This document shows, one piece after another, positions 1 through 9,728 of a stretch of 64,000 bases of DNA (positions are counted from its first letter, which is position 1; every line of letters begins with the position of its first letter). A program made the translations under genes and the position numbers. Origin of the DNA: an uncultured Acidobacteriota bacterium (lineage in GTDB: Bacteria; Acidobacteriota; UBA6911); assembly GCA_963809485.1 (NCBI GenBank), contig CAWEJX010000017.1, forward strand, positions 106,395 through 170,394, written 5' to 3'. Under the pieces are notes generated by a model, which did not search any database, was not told the DNA's origin, and was given only the letters and a program-made list of their open reading frames with translations.

Positions 1-383
1 TGTACTACTGGTACCTTACCGAGCTTTTGGGATTCGTGCTGCTGCCCTGCATTCTGTTCGTCGCGGGCATGAAGCGGAAAAGCCCGATATTGGTCCGCAC
101 CGCAGCTGTCATGACGTTGATCGGAATCATTCTGAACCGGCTCAATATCTCCGTGATCGCCTTCAAGTGGTATGCCCCGGTCCGATACTACCCCACATGG
201 ATGGAAGTGGAGATCACACTGGCCATTATTTTCAGCGAAATTTGGGTATTCCGATGGTTTATAGACAGGATGCCCGTGCTGAATGATCCGCCAGTCTGGG
301 CTTTGGAGCAGGATGCCCTGGCGCAAGGAACGCAATACGCCAGGGTCATTAAGGAGAACATTCCATGGAAACCCGATACATAG
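1..383 (+). CDS. NrfD/HybB/HmcC-family quinone-interacting membrane subunit, C-terminal part (5' end outside window)
   Basis: Frame is open from the window edge (YYWYLTELLGFVLLP...). Hydrophobic helices and the NRLNISVIAF...YYPTWMEV...RMPVL C-terminal signature of NrfD/HybB proteins. Confidence 0.75.
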   Translation, partial: YYWYLTELLGFVLLPCILFVAGMKRKSPILVRTAAVMTLIGIILNRLNISVIAFKWYAPVRYYPTWMEVEITLAIIFSEIWVFRWFIDRMPVLNDPPVWALEQDALAQGTQYARVIKENIPWKPDT

Positions 384-1060
384 AAATTTTCGCTACCAAG
401 GGAGCGGAATACATTTTCGTCATCGGCTTTCTGCTGCTGCTGATTTTCTTTTGGAGGTTTCTGAACGCACCCGGCAAGCCGCGAAATGCGGGGACGGAAC
501 CAGCCGGGGCCTCCTTCCTGCCGAACCCGCAGTTTCGCATTGCCGAGGGATATTTTTACCACCAGGGTCACAGCTGGGCGGTCCCGGAAAGGCAGGATGT
601 GGCCAGGGTGGGCATCGACGATTTCGCCCAGCAATTGCTCGGCGAGCCCGCAAAAGTCGACCTGCCGCAGATCGGCAGCCGTATTGAACAGGGAGAAAAG
701 GCGTGGAAACTGTGGATTGACTCAAAATCCGTCGACATCCTCTCCCCTGTCGAAGGTGAGGTGGTTGCCGTCAATACTGAGGCCATCCAAACTCCCGCCC
801 TCCTCAACCGGGATCCTTATGGGAGCGGATGGCTCGTGAAAGTTAAAATTCCGAACATAAATAAAAACCTCAGGAATCTTATGTCCGGGGATCTGGCCAT
901 GGTCTGGATGAAGGAAACCGCCGATGCACTGGAGCACAGGATCCAGGGATCCATCGGGAAACCCTTTAAGGCGGCAAGTGCTCCCTTCGACGGGATTGCG
1001 AGGAATTTCTTTCCGGACAACTGGGATAAATTCGCGGCAAAATTTCTTTCCGGAAATTGA
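365..1060 (+). CDS. Membrane-anchored glycine cleavage H-protein-like (GcvH-like) protein
   Basis: N-terminal TM helix after IFATKGAEY, then GcvH-fold motifs GHSW, RVGIDDFAQ, SPVEGEVVAVN, NRDPYGSGW. Overlaps the NrfD-like stop. Confidence 0.8.
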   Translation: METRYIEIFATKGAEYIFVIGFLLLLIFFWRFLNAPGKPRNAGTEPAGASFLPNPQFRIAEGYFYHQGHSWAVPERQDVARVGIDDFAQQLLGEPAKVDLPQIGSRIEQGEKAWKLWIDSKSVDILSPVEGEVVAVNTEAIQTPALLNRDPYGSGWLVKVKIPNINKNLRNLMSGDLAMVWMKETADALEHRIQGSIGKPFKAASAPFDGIARNFFPDNWDKFAAKFLSGN

Positions 1061-1368
1061 GTCCCGGGTCGAAGACTTCCGCTGCAGGCAAGAAAGCCTG
1101 AAAGGCCATTAAAGGCTGCAGGCATTCCAGCGCGGCAAACAACCTCCGGCCAAGATTTGACTCTTGTCCACGCGTGACACCCAGGTCGTGTCCCAACCTG
1201 TAATCTTCGTTTCCGTTTACGTTCCGCTCCAACGGGCATCCAGCGCGGAAGCCGCAGCCGGCAGGCTGCCTGAACTTCGACTCAGCCGGAAACCAATCCG
1301 GCATGCCTTCAGTGTCAAGTGCGTCCCGCAGCCAGGGCAAAGATGGAGACCTGCGGATGTGCCTGAAT

Positions 1369-2046
1369 TTACGGCGAGGGACTGCCGGAGACAGGCTGGT
1401 GGCAGCCGGTACAAATCGCCGCAGCATATTTGGCATGGTTTGCGGGGAATGGCTTCAGCTTCCCGATACCATGGCATTGAGTGCAGTCCTTGTACATGCT
1501 TCCTTCCGTTGTGTGAGGGATCCGTGCAGGTTTTGGAACGGCAGCCTTTTTGGCCTTTGCCGAGACTGCGGATTTCGGCTTTGGGCCGACCTGATGGCAT
1601 GCCAGGCAATTCGCTATGGTAAAGCCGGCGTGACTCGCCGGGAACGCCTTTGATTTTCCTGTACCATGGCACTGCAGGCAATCCTTGAAGCCGTCTTCAC
1701 CAACGGCATGCGGGATCCGTGCCGGCTTGCCATCCATTGATCCGGATACAGCCGAACCTTTGATTTCCGGCGCCGCACCGATTCTGTGGCAGCCCGAACA
1801 GCCTTTTGACGCAAAGCCGGCGTGGCTCTGCGGGAATGGCTTCATTTTCCCCAAACCATGGCATCGCGTACAATATTGATAATAAGCCTCCTTTTCGACC
1901 GGATGCGGAACGGGCCGCGGCCCGTCAGGCTTCGCCGGACCGCTCACAACAGCTGGCGATGATGCGGAAACAGCCGGCGCTTCGGCGCCGGCAGCCGGAA
2001 GGAATCCGGCAAACCCAAGCGTAATAACCGCAATGATCTGCAACAT
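1369..2046 (-). CDS. Exported hexaheme cytochrome c built from three tandem diheme repeats
   Basis: Signal-peptide-like N-terminus. Six CxxCH motifs (CTRCH, CSGCH, CLQCH, CLACH, CTQCH, CTGCH) in three repeats of P.(I/V)PH..CxxCHGxGKxKxFPxxHA..CxxCH. Confidence 0.85.
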   Translation of the reverse strand: MLQIIAVITLGFAGFLPAAGAEAPAVSASSPAVVSGPAKPDGPRPVPHPVEKEAYYQYCTRCHGLGKMKPFPQSHAGFASKGCSGCHRIGAAPEIKGSAVSGSMDGKPARIPHAVGEDGFKDCLQCHGTGKSKAFPASHAGFTIANCLACHQVGPKPKSAVSAKAKKAAVPKPARIPHTTEGSMYKDCTQCHGIGKLKPFPANHAKYAAAICTGCHQPVSGSPSP

Positions 2047-2124
2047 AAAGTATGTTCTTTAATGTAAAGGTACGCGTTAATAGAAAGATTCACGATAGAG
2101 GCGGAACAACCCCGGAATCGGGCG

Positions 2125-3216
2125 TCAAGTGCTTTGGGGCGGCTTCTGCCAGCTCAGGAGCTGCTCCATGTTGGAGGGCTCTTTGTATCGCTTGATGTGG
2201 TCTTTCAGCGCCGGCCCGAGGATTTCTATCTTGCTCATGTCGGCCTGTCCCATTCCCGCCTGGGCGCAGTAGGTCATGTAACCGATTTTGCCAATCCCGA
2301 TTCCCATCAGCTCTGCGCTTACCGTATCGGCGGCGAGCCAGTCGGTGCCGACGACACAAACGCGGTGGTCGATGGGCGTGCCGGTGATGGGCCCGTCGCC
2401 TTCCATGCCCTCAAAACCATCGATCACCGCCAGGTGCGGGTGCAGGCGGGGCGCCAGGGCCGCGAGATTGTAGTTGATGCCTCGCGGGCCGCCGCCGTGG
2501 ATGATGGGCTTGTCGGATCGGCCCACGACGTTGGGCACCGGGCTCGGATCCTTAATGGCTGCGCCGACGACGACATTCTTGAGCGAGAATGTGGCCACCA
2601 CCATCCCGTGGGTTTTAATCTTTGCTGCGGAGATAATGTAGCTGTCCGGGTCCACCATCATCTTTGACACACGGCAGGGACGCGGACGCATGTCGGACTG
2701 ATCGATGCAGTAAACCGTTTCATATCCCGTTTTGTCCAGCTCAACCAGTCTTACGCCGTACTTTTCGACGAACCTGTTGTAGCCGTAGTTGGCGAAACCC
2801 TCGAGCGTCGAGCCGCCGCCCGGCGATTCGGCAATCACCACGTTGGTTTTGCGAATGGATTTGAGAAACTCGAGGATCCCTTCGAGCTGATCGGCGTGGG
2901 TAGCGCACAGGGGCTTGTCAATGTTGACGTTGTTGACTTTTAGGACGACGAGTTTATTGCCGATGGCCTGCGCGATCTCTTTTTCAAAAGGGCGCAGAGC
3001 ACGGAAGGTATTGTCGGCGCGGCTGTCGCCGGTGGTCAGCGCCACGCGTGCAGGCGGGACTTCCGGAATAACGGGGGCAGGGGACTTAAAGGGATCGACC
3101 TTTCCCTGCAGGGCACTTGCGTCAACAGCGAGGCGCAGTCCGCCCGCAAGCCCCAAACCGCCAAGCAGTGAGTTCTTGAGAAACCGACGACGGGAACCGG
3201 TATCAAAGGATGACAT
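2125..3216 (-). CDS. Tat-exported DUF362-domain Fe-S protein
   Basis: SRRRFLK Tat motif. DUF362 motifs: VLKVN, AKIKTH..VATFSLKNVVVG, DGFEGMEGDGP, D.LAAD. Confidence 0.8.
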   Translation of the reverse strand: MSSFDTGSRRRFLKNSLLGGLGLAGGLRLAVDASALQGKVDPFKSPAPVIPEVPPARVALTTGDSRADNTFRALRPFEKEIAQAIGNKLVVLKVNNVNIDKPLCATHADQLEGILEFLKSIRKTNVVIAESPGGGSTLEGFANYGYNRFVEKYGVRLVELDKTGYETVYCIDQSDMRPRPCRVSKMMVDPDSYIISAAKIKTHGMVVATFSLKNVVVGAAIKDPSPVPNVVGRSDKPIIHGGGPRGINYNLAALAPRLHPHLAVIDGFEGMEGDGPITGTPIDHRVCVVGTDWLAADTVSAELMGIGIGKIGYMTYCAQAGMGQADMSKIEILGPALKDHIKRYKEPSNMEQLLSWQKPPQST

Positions 3217-3422
3217 ATTCTACCCTCTACATATCAGACTGGTGGCTGCATCAGTCCTATTTGACTTCGCATAATATCATAAGTCCCATTTATGAGAACA
3301 CAGGTTCAAAAGTTTCAAGTGCGTCCCGAATTCAGGGCAGAGCCGTAGGCTCGATTGTGAACCGCCCAAAACGTTGGAATGAGCGGTACCAGATTTAGCC
3401 GCTGATATACGCGCACTTTCCC

Positions 3423-4025
3423 CTACTGCCCGGCGTTCGCCGGTTCCGAAGTAATCCTGCAGGGTTTGCCAAGGCGGATCACGTTTGTATCCCAGACGCA
3501 TCCGCTGGCGCAATGCCAGCCGTAGTACCAGATGTAGCTCAAACTCCTCGAAGGGGAGTAAGGAACGATAATGATGCCGCTGTGTTTTTCGGCAACCTCC
3601 TCCCACATGATGTACTGGGAGAACTGCCTCTGGATATCGCCGATAAGATCATGCCCAAGCTTGCTTGTGAACGCATCAAGATCTTCGGTGCTTTGCAGGA
3701 ACTGGATTCTGCCCGTAAGATTGCGTCCGTACTTGCGGGTAAATGCGTCGATATCCCGCGCTCTTCGCAGAAACAATATCCGCGATGAATCGAGGATGGT
3801 CACCGTATGCCGGTAGCGCAAGGTTTCGATGCGGAACTGGTCCGCCTCGCACCATCGTCTCCACTCCTCGTTTACATCGAACCAGATGCCGTTGGGCTTC
3901 GGATGTCCGCTCTGCAGGTAGTTCCTCTTACGCAGCCTTACCGGTTCTTCTGCCCAATGATAATACTTCACGCCGTCCATTATCGCCGAAGGTTCGCAGC
4001 CTTTCTGCTTTTGCCTGGATGCCAT
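3423..4025 (-). CDS. Hypothetical Trp-rich protein (KPNGIW...W..WC...WYYGWHCASGCVW family)
   Basis: Strong RBS (AAGGAGAG) before the ATG at 4025; 200-aa ORF with conserved-looking aromatic motifs. Confidence 0.6.
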   Translation of the reverse strand: MASRQKQKGCEPSAIMDGVKYYHWAEEPVRLRKRNYLQSGHPKPNGIWFDVNEEWRRWCEADQFRIETLRYRHTVTILDSSRILFLRRARDIDAFTRKYGRNLTGRIQFLQSTEDLDAFTSKLGHDLIGDIQRQFSQYIMWEEVAEKHSGIIIVPYSPSRSLSYIWYYGWHCASGCVWDTNVIRLGKPCRITSEPANAGQ

Positions 4026-4322
4026 ATCTCTCCTTGGTTGCCTGCCCCATGCCGCAGGCCCATTTTACATCTGAACCGGATCTACGGACACGCTCAAGCC
4101 GTCGCGGACAAGGTTCGGCATATGGCGGATGTCAAACGCGGCAAGCCCCCCAAAGCATTCTGGATTCAATGACTCTGTGGCCAGTCCCGTAATTCCGGGC
4201 CCGAAAGACCCAAAGGTGGCCGGAACTGCGTATTTTGCTGTATGGGATTTTGGGTATTTCTACGCATTGAAGGCCATGATCTGCAGCCTTATATTTCGAC
4301 ATGTGCGCTTAGGAGGCTATCT

Positions 4323-4715
4323 ATGAAGACAAACATTGCAATAGCGATCAGTCTCGCAATATTGCTGATCGCAGGTTTCGTTATGGCACAAACCCACACG
4401 GTCCGTGCACAGATTCCCTTCGAATTCGCGGCCGCAGGGAAAGTCTTTCCGGCGGGAGAATATGTATTTAATTACGACCCTGGAAAGCTATTCGTTTCTG
4501 TCCAAGGAACGGAAAAGGGATCCGCGGCCTTGGTGCCGATTGTCACCATGCTTGCCGGGGCGATGCACACCACTCCGAAGGATGCACATGTCGTTTTCGA
4601 TAAGATCGGGAACAATCGCTATCTCTCCGAACTATGGAGTTCGGGAATGGACGGCTTCGACCTGCTCACCACAACAGAGAAACACGAGCACGAAATTGTG
4701 AATGCTCCTCGCTAA
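4323..4715 (+). CDS. Exported hypothetical protein (IPFEFxAxGKxFPAGEY family, common in Acidobacteria)
   Basis: AGGAGG RBS, ATG at 4323, signal peptide MKTNIAIAISLAILLIAGFVMA. Confidence 0.7.
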   Translation: MKTNIAIAISLAILLIAGFVMAQTHTVRAQIPFEFAAAGKVFPAGEYVFNYDPGKLFVSVQGTEKGSAALVPIVTMLAGAMHTTPKDAHVVFDKIGNNRYLSELWSSGMDGFDLLTTTEKHEHEIVNAPR

Positions 4716-5326
4716 CAACCTCTATGGATAAACCGGTAACCGGGACAACCCGACGGAGCCCCGGCGGGGCTGCTAACTGGATCTCCCCCGGCCGCAAAGA
4801 GAGGACCGGGGGATGGGCTGGGCGGTTTCCCTTCCGGCGATGCTTTTACCGTCATTGTCACCGGTTAATCCAACAATTACCGGTGCATGGGCGTTATGAT
4901 GCCCGATCAGTCAGTCCGGATCGATCGACAAGTGGCGATAAAATGGTCTGCTGCGTCAGCCGGCAGTGGGTCGGTGGAACACTGCTAGCTTCTCTCTTTT
5001 ATTGAATGCTTCTGCCATTCCTGCTATCGGGCCGATTTCCTGATTTGAGCCGCAAATGTTCAAATCGCACAAAATAGGCAGAGTGGCCAGTCAAAGAATG
5101 ATGCTGTTGAAACCTCAAGTGTTCGTTTTCGGATACCTACTGAAAACGGGCTATATAAACTGGGAGACGCCCTCGCTAACCCCGGTGGAGACTGCCTGCC
5201 CGACCGTCCTAGGGCCGGACCTGAAATAAGCTCAGTCTCTTGCTTCCAGGGTAAACAATATCCCCCATGCCCCCCAAAGAGAGGCACCCGAGTCGATCCT
5301 AAGCTCTCCTGCCCGAGACCTCTTAC

Positions 5327-5881
5327 CTACTTTATCTTCTGCCCTGCCAGGATCAGCTGTGCATGATAGATTTTTGTCTGCACATCCTTCGCTGTTGCAA
5401 CCGCTTTGGGAAGATCCTCCTGAATCACCAGATCGCCAATCGCCGTCTTGCCCTCCTCGATCTCGGACGCAATCGCCTTCACCCTGCTCCGCTGACTGGA
5501 AGACAGCTTGTTCTTTGAAAGATCGATCTTCACCTGATCGAAGTTTTTGCTGATCATGAGTTGCATGGCATCAAGCTCGCGCGTTAAAGCGTCCTGCTTG
5601 GATCGGGCGATATCCGCAGCCTTGCCGAAATAGATTTTGGCGCTCGTGTAAAGTACTTTGGCCGTAGACGTCTGGCCTTCCTTTTCGGCAGTCTGAGCGT
5701 GGTCCCAGGCTTTCCGAGCCTGCTCAAAGTCCACCTGCGCGTATCTGTCGGCATGGAGCAATCGGGCTTGATCCATAGCCGTCCGGGCTTCCTTCATTTC
5801 GATGGCCGCACTTCCGCCACACCCGTAAAGGGCCAGCATTAATACCAAGAGACTGAAGCTGTTATGAATCCGGACTCTCAT
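5327..5881 (-). CDS. Helical lipoprotein, DUF4398-like
   Basis: Lipobox-like LYGC, followed by Ala/Glu-rich helices (EARTAMDQAR...ADRYA). Confidence 0.6.
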   Translation of the reverse strand: MRVRIHNSFSLLVLMLALYGCGGSAAIEMKEARTAMDQARLLHADRYAQVDFEQARKAWDHAQTAEKEGQTSTAKVLYTSAKIYFGKAADIARSKQDALTRELDAMQLMISKNFDQVKIDLSKNKLSSSQRSRVKAIASEIEEGKTAIGDLVIQEDLPKAVATAKDVQTKIYHAQLILAGQKIK

Positions 5882-6028
5882 TATCGATCTCCCATTGGGT
5901 TTTGGCGCCGAGGGCAGCGATCCTGGTTTGTTTATGGATCAATTTGCAGATCAGATCGCAAAGGTGAATCTCACGGGAAAAGTGGAAGGTTTTTGAGATT
6001 GGCGATGGCAATAATCTATTGATTCCAG

Positions 6029-6104
<76 letters not shown>

Positions 6105-6246
6105 ATTCCAGTCTGCTCAGTTTGCAAAAACAAAGCGCCTAGCTTTATACCATCGACCGGCCAAAAAATCCACCCCAGATATCGATTTGCGGTGCAAAAA
6201 CCGTTTTGAGGTTTTGGGCAATTCAGAACGATAAACGTACACTATC

Positions 6247-6306
6247 TCACGCGGAGACGCGGGGCATAATACTCCGGATCTCCGCGCTCCCCGCGTCTCC
6301 GCGTGA
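6247..6306. repeat. REP-like perfect 18-bp inverted repeat
   Basis: TCACGCGGAGACGCGGGG ... CCCCGCGTCTCCGCGTGA, just downstream of the DUF72 gene. Confidence 0.8.
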
Positions 6307-6349
6307 TCCAAATTTGCGCTGCGACTGTGCCACGCGGGGCAACTCGTTG

Positions 6350-7267
6350 TTATTTCCCGAAGCGCTCCGGATAGGCCTCGGCCAGAAGAGGCGGGACCGC
6401 CGGCGGCGCAGCATCCAGTTCCTCCATAATCTCCATCGCGTTGACCAGCGCCTGCCCCCGGAAGTGGTTATTCGTGACCGCGTAGGTTTCCTCGGTGCTT
6501 TGCTGCAGCTTGCGTATCTGACTCGATAAATATCGTATTTCGTCCTTCGAATACAGGTAGTCGTAGCGCGCGTCCCGTCCGGCATCTTCCTTGAACCAGT
6601 TTGCGTAGTTGCGCCCGTGCATCCGGAAATACCCCAGTTTCGCCGTGGCATACGCCGCGGGTCTGATCGAGTTGCCGATCAAGGGCTGGTCCACGTTGCA
6701 GAAGGCCACGCCGCGCTCGCGCAAAAAATCGTAAAAAGGATCCCGGTCCCAGCTGCCGTGCCGGACTTCCAGCGCCAGCGGGAAATCGCGCAAATGGCGA
6801 AACAACCGGTCGAGGTAATCCTGATTCTCCGGTGTGCAGCGAAATCGCCAGGGAAACTGAATGAGAACAGCCCCAAGGACCCCGGCTTCCGCAAGCGGCG
6901 CTATCGAGCCGCGGACCTCACCGCAGTCGGCGGCCAAAGCCGTCTCCTCCGCTGCGGTGCGTTCATGCGAAAGCCGCTGCCAGGCTTTCGCCGTGAATTT
7001 GAACCGTGGATTGTTGCGGACCCGGCGGGCCCACGAGGAGGTGTCCCTGGGACGCGGGGGCGCATAAAAGGAACTGTTGATCTCTATCGTGTCGCAATAA
7101 TCCGCCAGAAACGCCAGAGCATCCGAAGATCCGCCGGCGGGATAAACGATACCCTCCCAGTCTTTGTAATTCCACCCTGCTGGTCCGACACGAAGGCTGG
7201 AATTACGGCCGGGGAGCTGGAATAGAGAGCCTTGTGTTGCCATAGAAACCTCAAACGGCACTTCCAC
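6350..7267 (-). CDS. DUF72 domain-containing protein
   Basis: GPAGWNYKDWEG, TIEINSSFY, KFTAK, LIQFP, EVRHGSW, YFRMHGRN, RYDYLYS, NNH..G.A..NA motifs. True start may be the ATG of MATQG. Confidence 0.9.
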   Translation of the reverse strand: MEVPFEVSMATQGSLFQLPGRNSSLRVGPAGWNYKDWEGIVYPAGGSSDALAFLADYCDTIEINSSFYAPPRPRDTSSWARRVRNNPRFKFTAKAWQRLSHERTAAEETALAADCGEVRGSIAPLAEAGVLGAVLIQFPWRFRCTPENQDYLDRLFRHLRDFPLALEVRHGSWDRDPFYDFLRERGVAFCNVDQPLIGNSIRPAAYATAKLGYFRMHGRNYANWFKEDAGRDARYDYLYSKDEIRYLSSQIRKLQQSTEETYAVTNNHFRGQALVNAMEIMEELDAAPPAVPPLLAEAYPERFGK

Positions 7268-7290
7268 CGCCTGCCATGTTCGGTCCCCAT

Positions 7291-8076
7291 TCAGACCAGC
7301 ACGACCCCTATCGGCGCACCACTTTTAAGGCCAAGGACCGATGCGGCGGACCCGTTTTTCATTGCAATCTCCAGATACCCGGTCGAGCCGGGAACGATAA
7401 ATACCTCCTCGGGAGCGCCCTCAGCATAGGTGGCCCGGAAACTAATTATTTCCCGCTTGCCTGCCAGGATCCTGGATGTGCGCGGCACCTCTGCCGGCAC
7501 AAGGTTGGTTATCAGGTTTCCGAACTGATCGACGGCGAGGATCGTGCCCTGGATCAATGCCTCCTTGACTCTTTTGGGGGCCGGTATGTACAGCCGCTCC
7601 GGTTCCGGCACCCTCGGCCCGATCTGATGCAGCGGGATATCCCGGCTGATCCAGGCAGCAATGGGAGCAAAAATGTCGCGCCCATGGAAAGTGGAGGAAA
7701 CCGGCTTGCGGAAGTAATGGTCCGACGTGATTTCGTAGGCGGAATAATCCGGTTCGGCCTTATACACGAAAGACAAAATGCCGTTGTCCGGCGCTACAAA
7801 GAAATGCCCGCCGGCCGAAACCGCCAGCGCCTTGCGCGCGGTTCCCACTTCGGGGTCCACCACGGCAAGATGAATCGAGCCCGCCGGGTAGCATGAATAC
7901 GCCTGCCCCAGGGTGAAAGCGCCGGTGAATAAATCCAGTGGCGGAACAAGATGGCTTATGTCCACCAGGGTTACGTCAGGATTCACGCTCAGAATCACTC
8001 CCTTCATGGCCGCAACGAAGTGATCGCGCAATCCAAAATCCGTCAGCAAGGTGATGATGCGCCGCGAATCCCCCAT
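7291..8076 (-). CDS. SAM hydroxide adenosyltransferase / chlorinase-fluorinase family (DUF62)
   Basis: ITLLTDFG, VVDPEVGT, APDNG, STFHGRDIFAP, D.FGNLITN, GYLEIA motifs. Confidence 0.92.
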   Translation of the reverse strand: MGDSRRIITLLTDFGLRDHFVAAMKGVILSVNPDVTLVDISHLVPPLDLFTGAFTLGQAYSCYPAGSIHLAVVDPEVGTARKALAVSAGGHFFVAPDNGILSFVYKAEPDYSAYEITSDHYFRKPVSSTFHGRDIFAPIAAWISRDIPLHQIGPRVPEPERLYIPAPKRVKEALIQGTILAVDQFGNLITNLVPAEVPRTSRILAGKREIISFRATYAEGAPEEVFIVPGSTGYLEIAMKNGSAASVLGLKSGAPIGVVLV

Positions 8077-8183
8077 GTCATTCCTCCGTCTGAAAAAACT
8101 CACCGATGCACTTCCCGGGAAGACCGGGCGGCTCCGGGGAGCCGTCCACAAAGATCCCCGATAATATGCTATTCTAGGGCATC

Positions 8184-9338
8184 ATGAAGCAAAGAATCTA
8201 TCTTGATAACAGCGCAACAACCCGCGTAGACGAGCGGGTTGTTGAAGCCATGCTGCCCTGTTTCCGCGAAAATTTCGGCAATGCCAGCTCGGTTCATTTG
8301 TTTGGCCAGGAAGCCCGCGCAATCGTCGAAGCTGCCAGGCGGTCCGTTGCCGGCTTGCTGGGTGCGGACACACGGGAAATCGTGTTCACTTCCGGCGGCA
8401 CCGAATCCGACAATTCCGCCCTCTGGGGGATTTTCCGCAGCGGCTACCGCCCCGGCAAACACATCATCACTACCAGAATCGAGCACCCGGCAATACTGGA
8501 AACCTGCAAGGCGCTGGAAAGCGCCGGAGCTGAAATCACCTACTTGCCCGTCGGCAGTTCGGGAAAAGTGGATCCCGAAGCGGTGGAAGCCGCGGTCCGC
8601 GGAAATACCATCCTCATATCCGTGATGCACGCAAACAACGAGACCGGAGTGATCCAGCCTGTCACCGAAATAAGTTCCATCGCCAAACGGCACGGGATTT
8701 TATTCCATACTGATGCAGTGCAATCGGTCGGCAAAATTCCCGTGGACGTCCAGGATCTGGGTGTGGACCTGCTTTCCATTTCAGGCCACAAACTCCATGG
8801 CCCGAAGGGCATTGGAGCCCTGTACGTCCGAAAGGGAACCAGAATGGCCCCGTTCATGACCGGAGGTTCGCAGGAGCGGAAACGCCGGGCGGGCACGGAG
8901 AACGTCCCGGCCATCGCAGGGCTCGGAGCGGCGGCTCTTTTGGCCGGAGAACGGCTGCCGGAAATGAGCACTCGCGTAGCGGAACTGCGGGACCGGCTCC
9001 AGGATCAGGCAATGGCCCGCATTGCCGGCACACGCATTAACGGCCAGGCGTTCCGGCTGCCCAACGTCGCCAATCTCTCTTTTGAAAACCTCGAGGGAGA
9101 GGCGGCAGTCATCGCCCTCGATCTTGAAGGGATCGCGGTTTCGACAGGGTCCGCCTGCTCATCCGGGGCTCTGGAACCCTCGCACGTACTGGTCGCCATG
9201 GGACTCCGGCCGGAAGTTGTTCAGAGCTCCCTGCGGTTCAGCCTATGCTGTTACACCACGCAGGAAGAAATCGACCGCACCGTTCAGACGCTGGAAGCCG
9301 TCATCCAAAGGCTGCGCAAGCTTTCACGGCGCGGGTGA
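8184..9338 (+). CDS. iscS: Cysteine desulfurase (IscS/NifS family)
   Basis: YLDNSATT, FTSGGTES, EHPA, HTDAVQ, SGHK PLP-lysine motif, STGSACSSG catalytic Cys. Confidence 0.92.
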   Translation: MKQRIYLDNSATTRVDERVVEAMLPCFRENFGNASSVHLFGQEARAIVEAARRSVAGLLGADTREIVFTSGGTESDNSALWGIFRSGYRPGKHIITTRIEHPAILETCKALESAGAEITYLPVGSSGKVDPEAVEAAVRGNTILISVMHANNETGVIQPVTEISSIAKRHGILFHTDAVQSVGKIPVDVQDLGVDLLSISGHKLHGPKGIGALYVRKGTRMAPFMTGGSQERKRRAGTENVPAIAGLGAAALLAGERLPEMSTRVAELRDRLQDQAMARIAGTRINGQAFRLPNVANLSFENLEGEAAVIALDLEGIAVSTGSACSSGALEPSHVLVAMGLRPEVVQSSLRFSLCCYTTQEEIDRTVQTLEAVIQRLRKLSRRG

Positions 9339-9404
9339 AAGCCGAAACCCAATGTCCGCATTTCCGGCAGGCGCGGCCTCCTGGCCGCCTGCGAGATCTT
9401 TATG

Positions 9405-9625
9405 AAACTGGTAGCCCCCCAGCTCTGCCTGGAGACTCACAGAGTTTGACAGTTCCAGTTTTATTTAACGCCGACATACACGGACAAAACGCTGACGATC
9501 GCCGATTAATAAGGCAGCGGTCGGTGTGCAAGAGCCAATGTCAGCGGTTAGAGTCAGTGTAGTTCATCCAAGCGCTTTGAGCGGTATACAACCAAATCTC
9601 CGCCTCTGATGGAAGTAGTTGGCTT
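9405..9625 (+). mobile_element. Non-autonomous IS200/IS605-like element (PATE-like), degenerate copy A, opposite orientation to copies B-D
   Basis: AAACTGGTAGCCCCCCAGCTCTGCCTGGAGACTCACAGAGTTTGACAGTTCC matches the reverse complement of the end of the 52260-52645 copy. The other end carries CGCTTTGAGCGG. Confidence 0.65.
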
Positions 9626-9728
9626 CATCGCCGGGCGGCCGGAAGGCGCTCCTAATGAAAATCCGCCGCAATACGGGACATACGCAACAAAACGCTCGCA
9701 ATATCCGCAAGAAAAGTCTACCCTGTGA

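Noticed and set aside
1061-1368. Overlapping ORFs between the GcvH-like gene and the cytochrome
   Set aside because: No RBS or motifs; they overlap well-supported genes.
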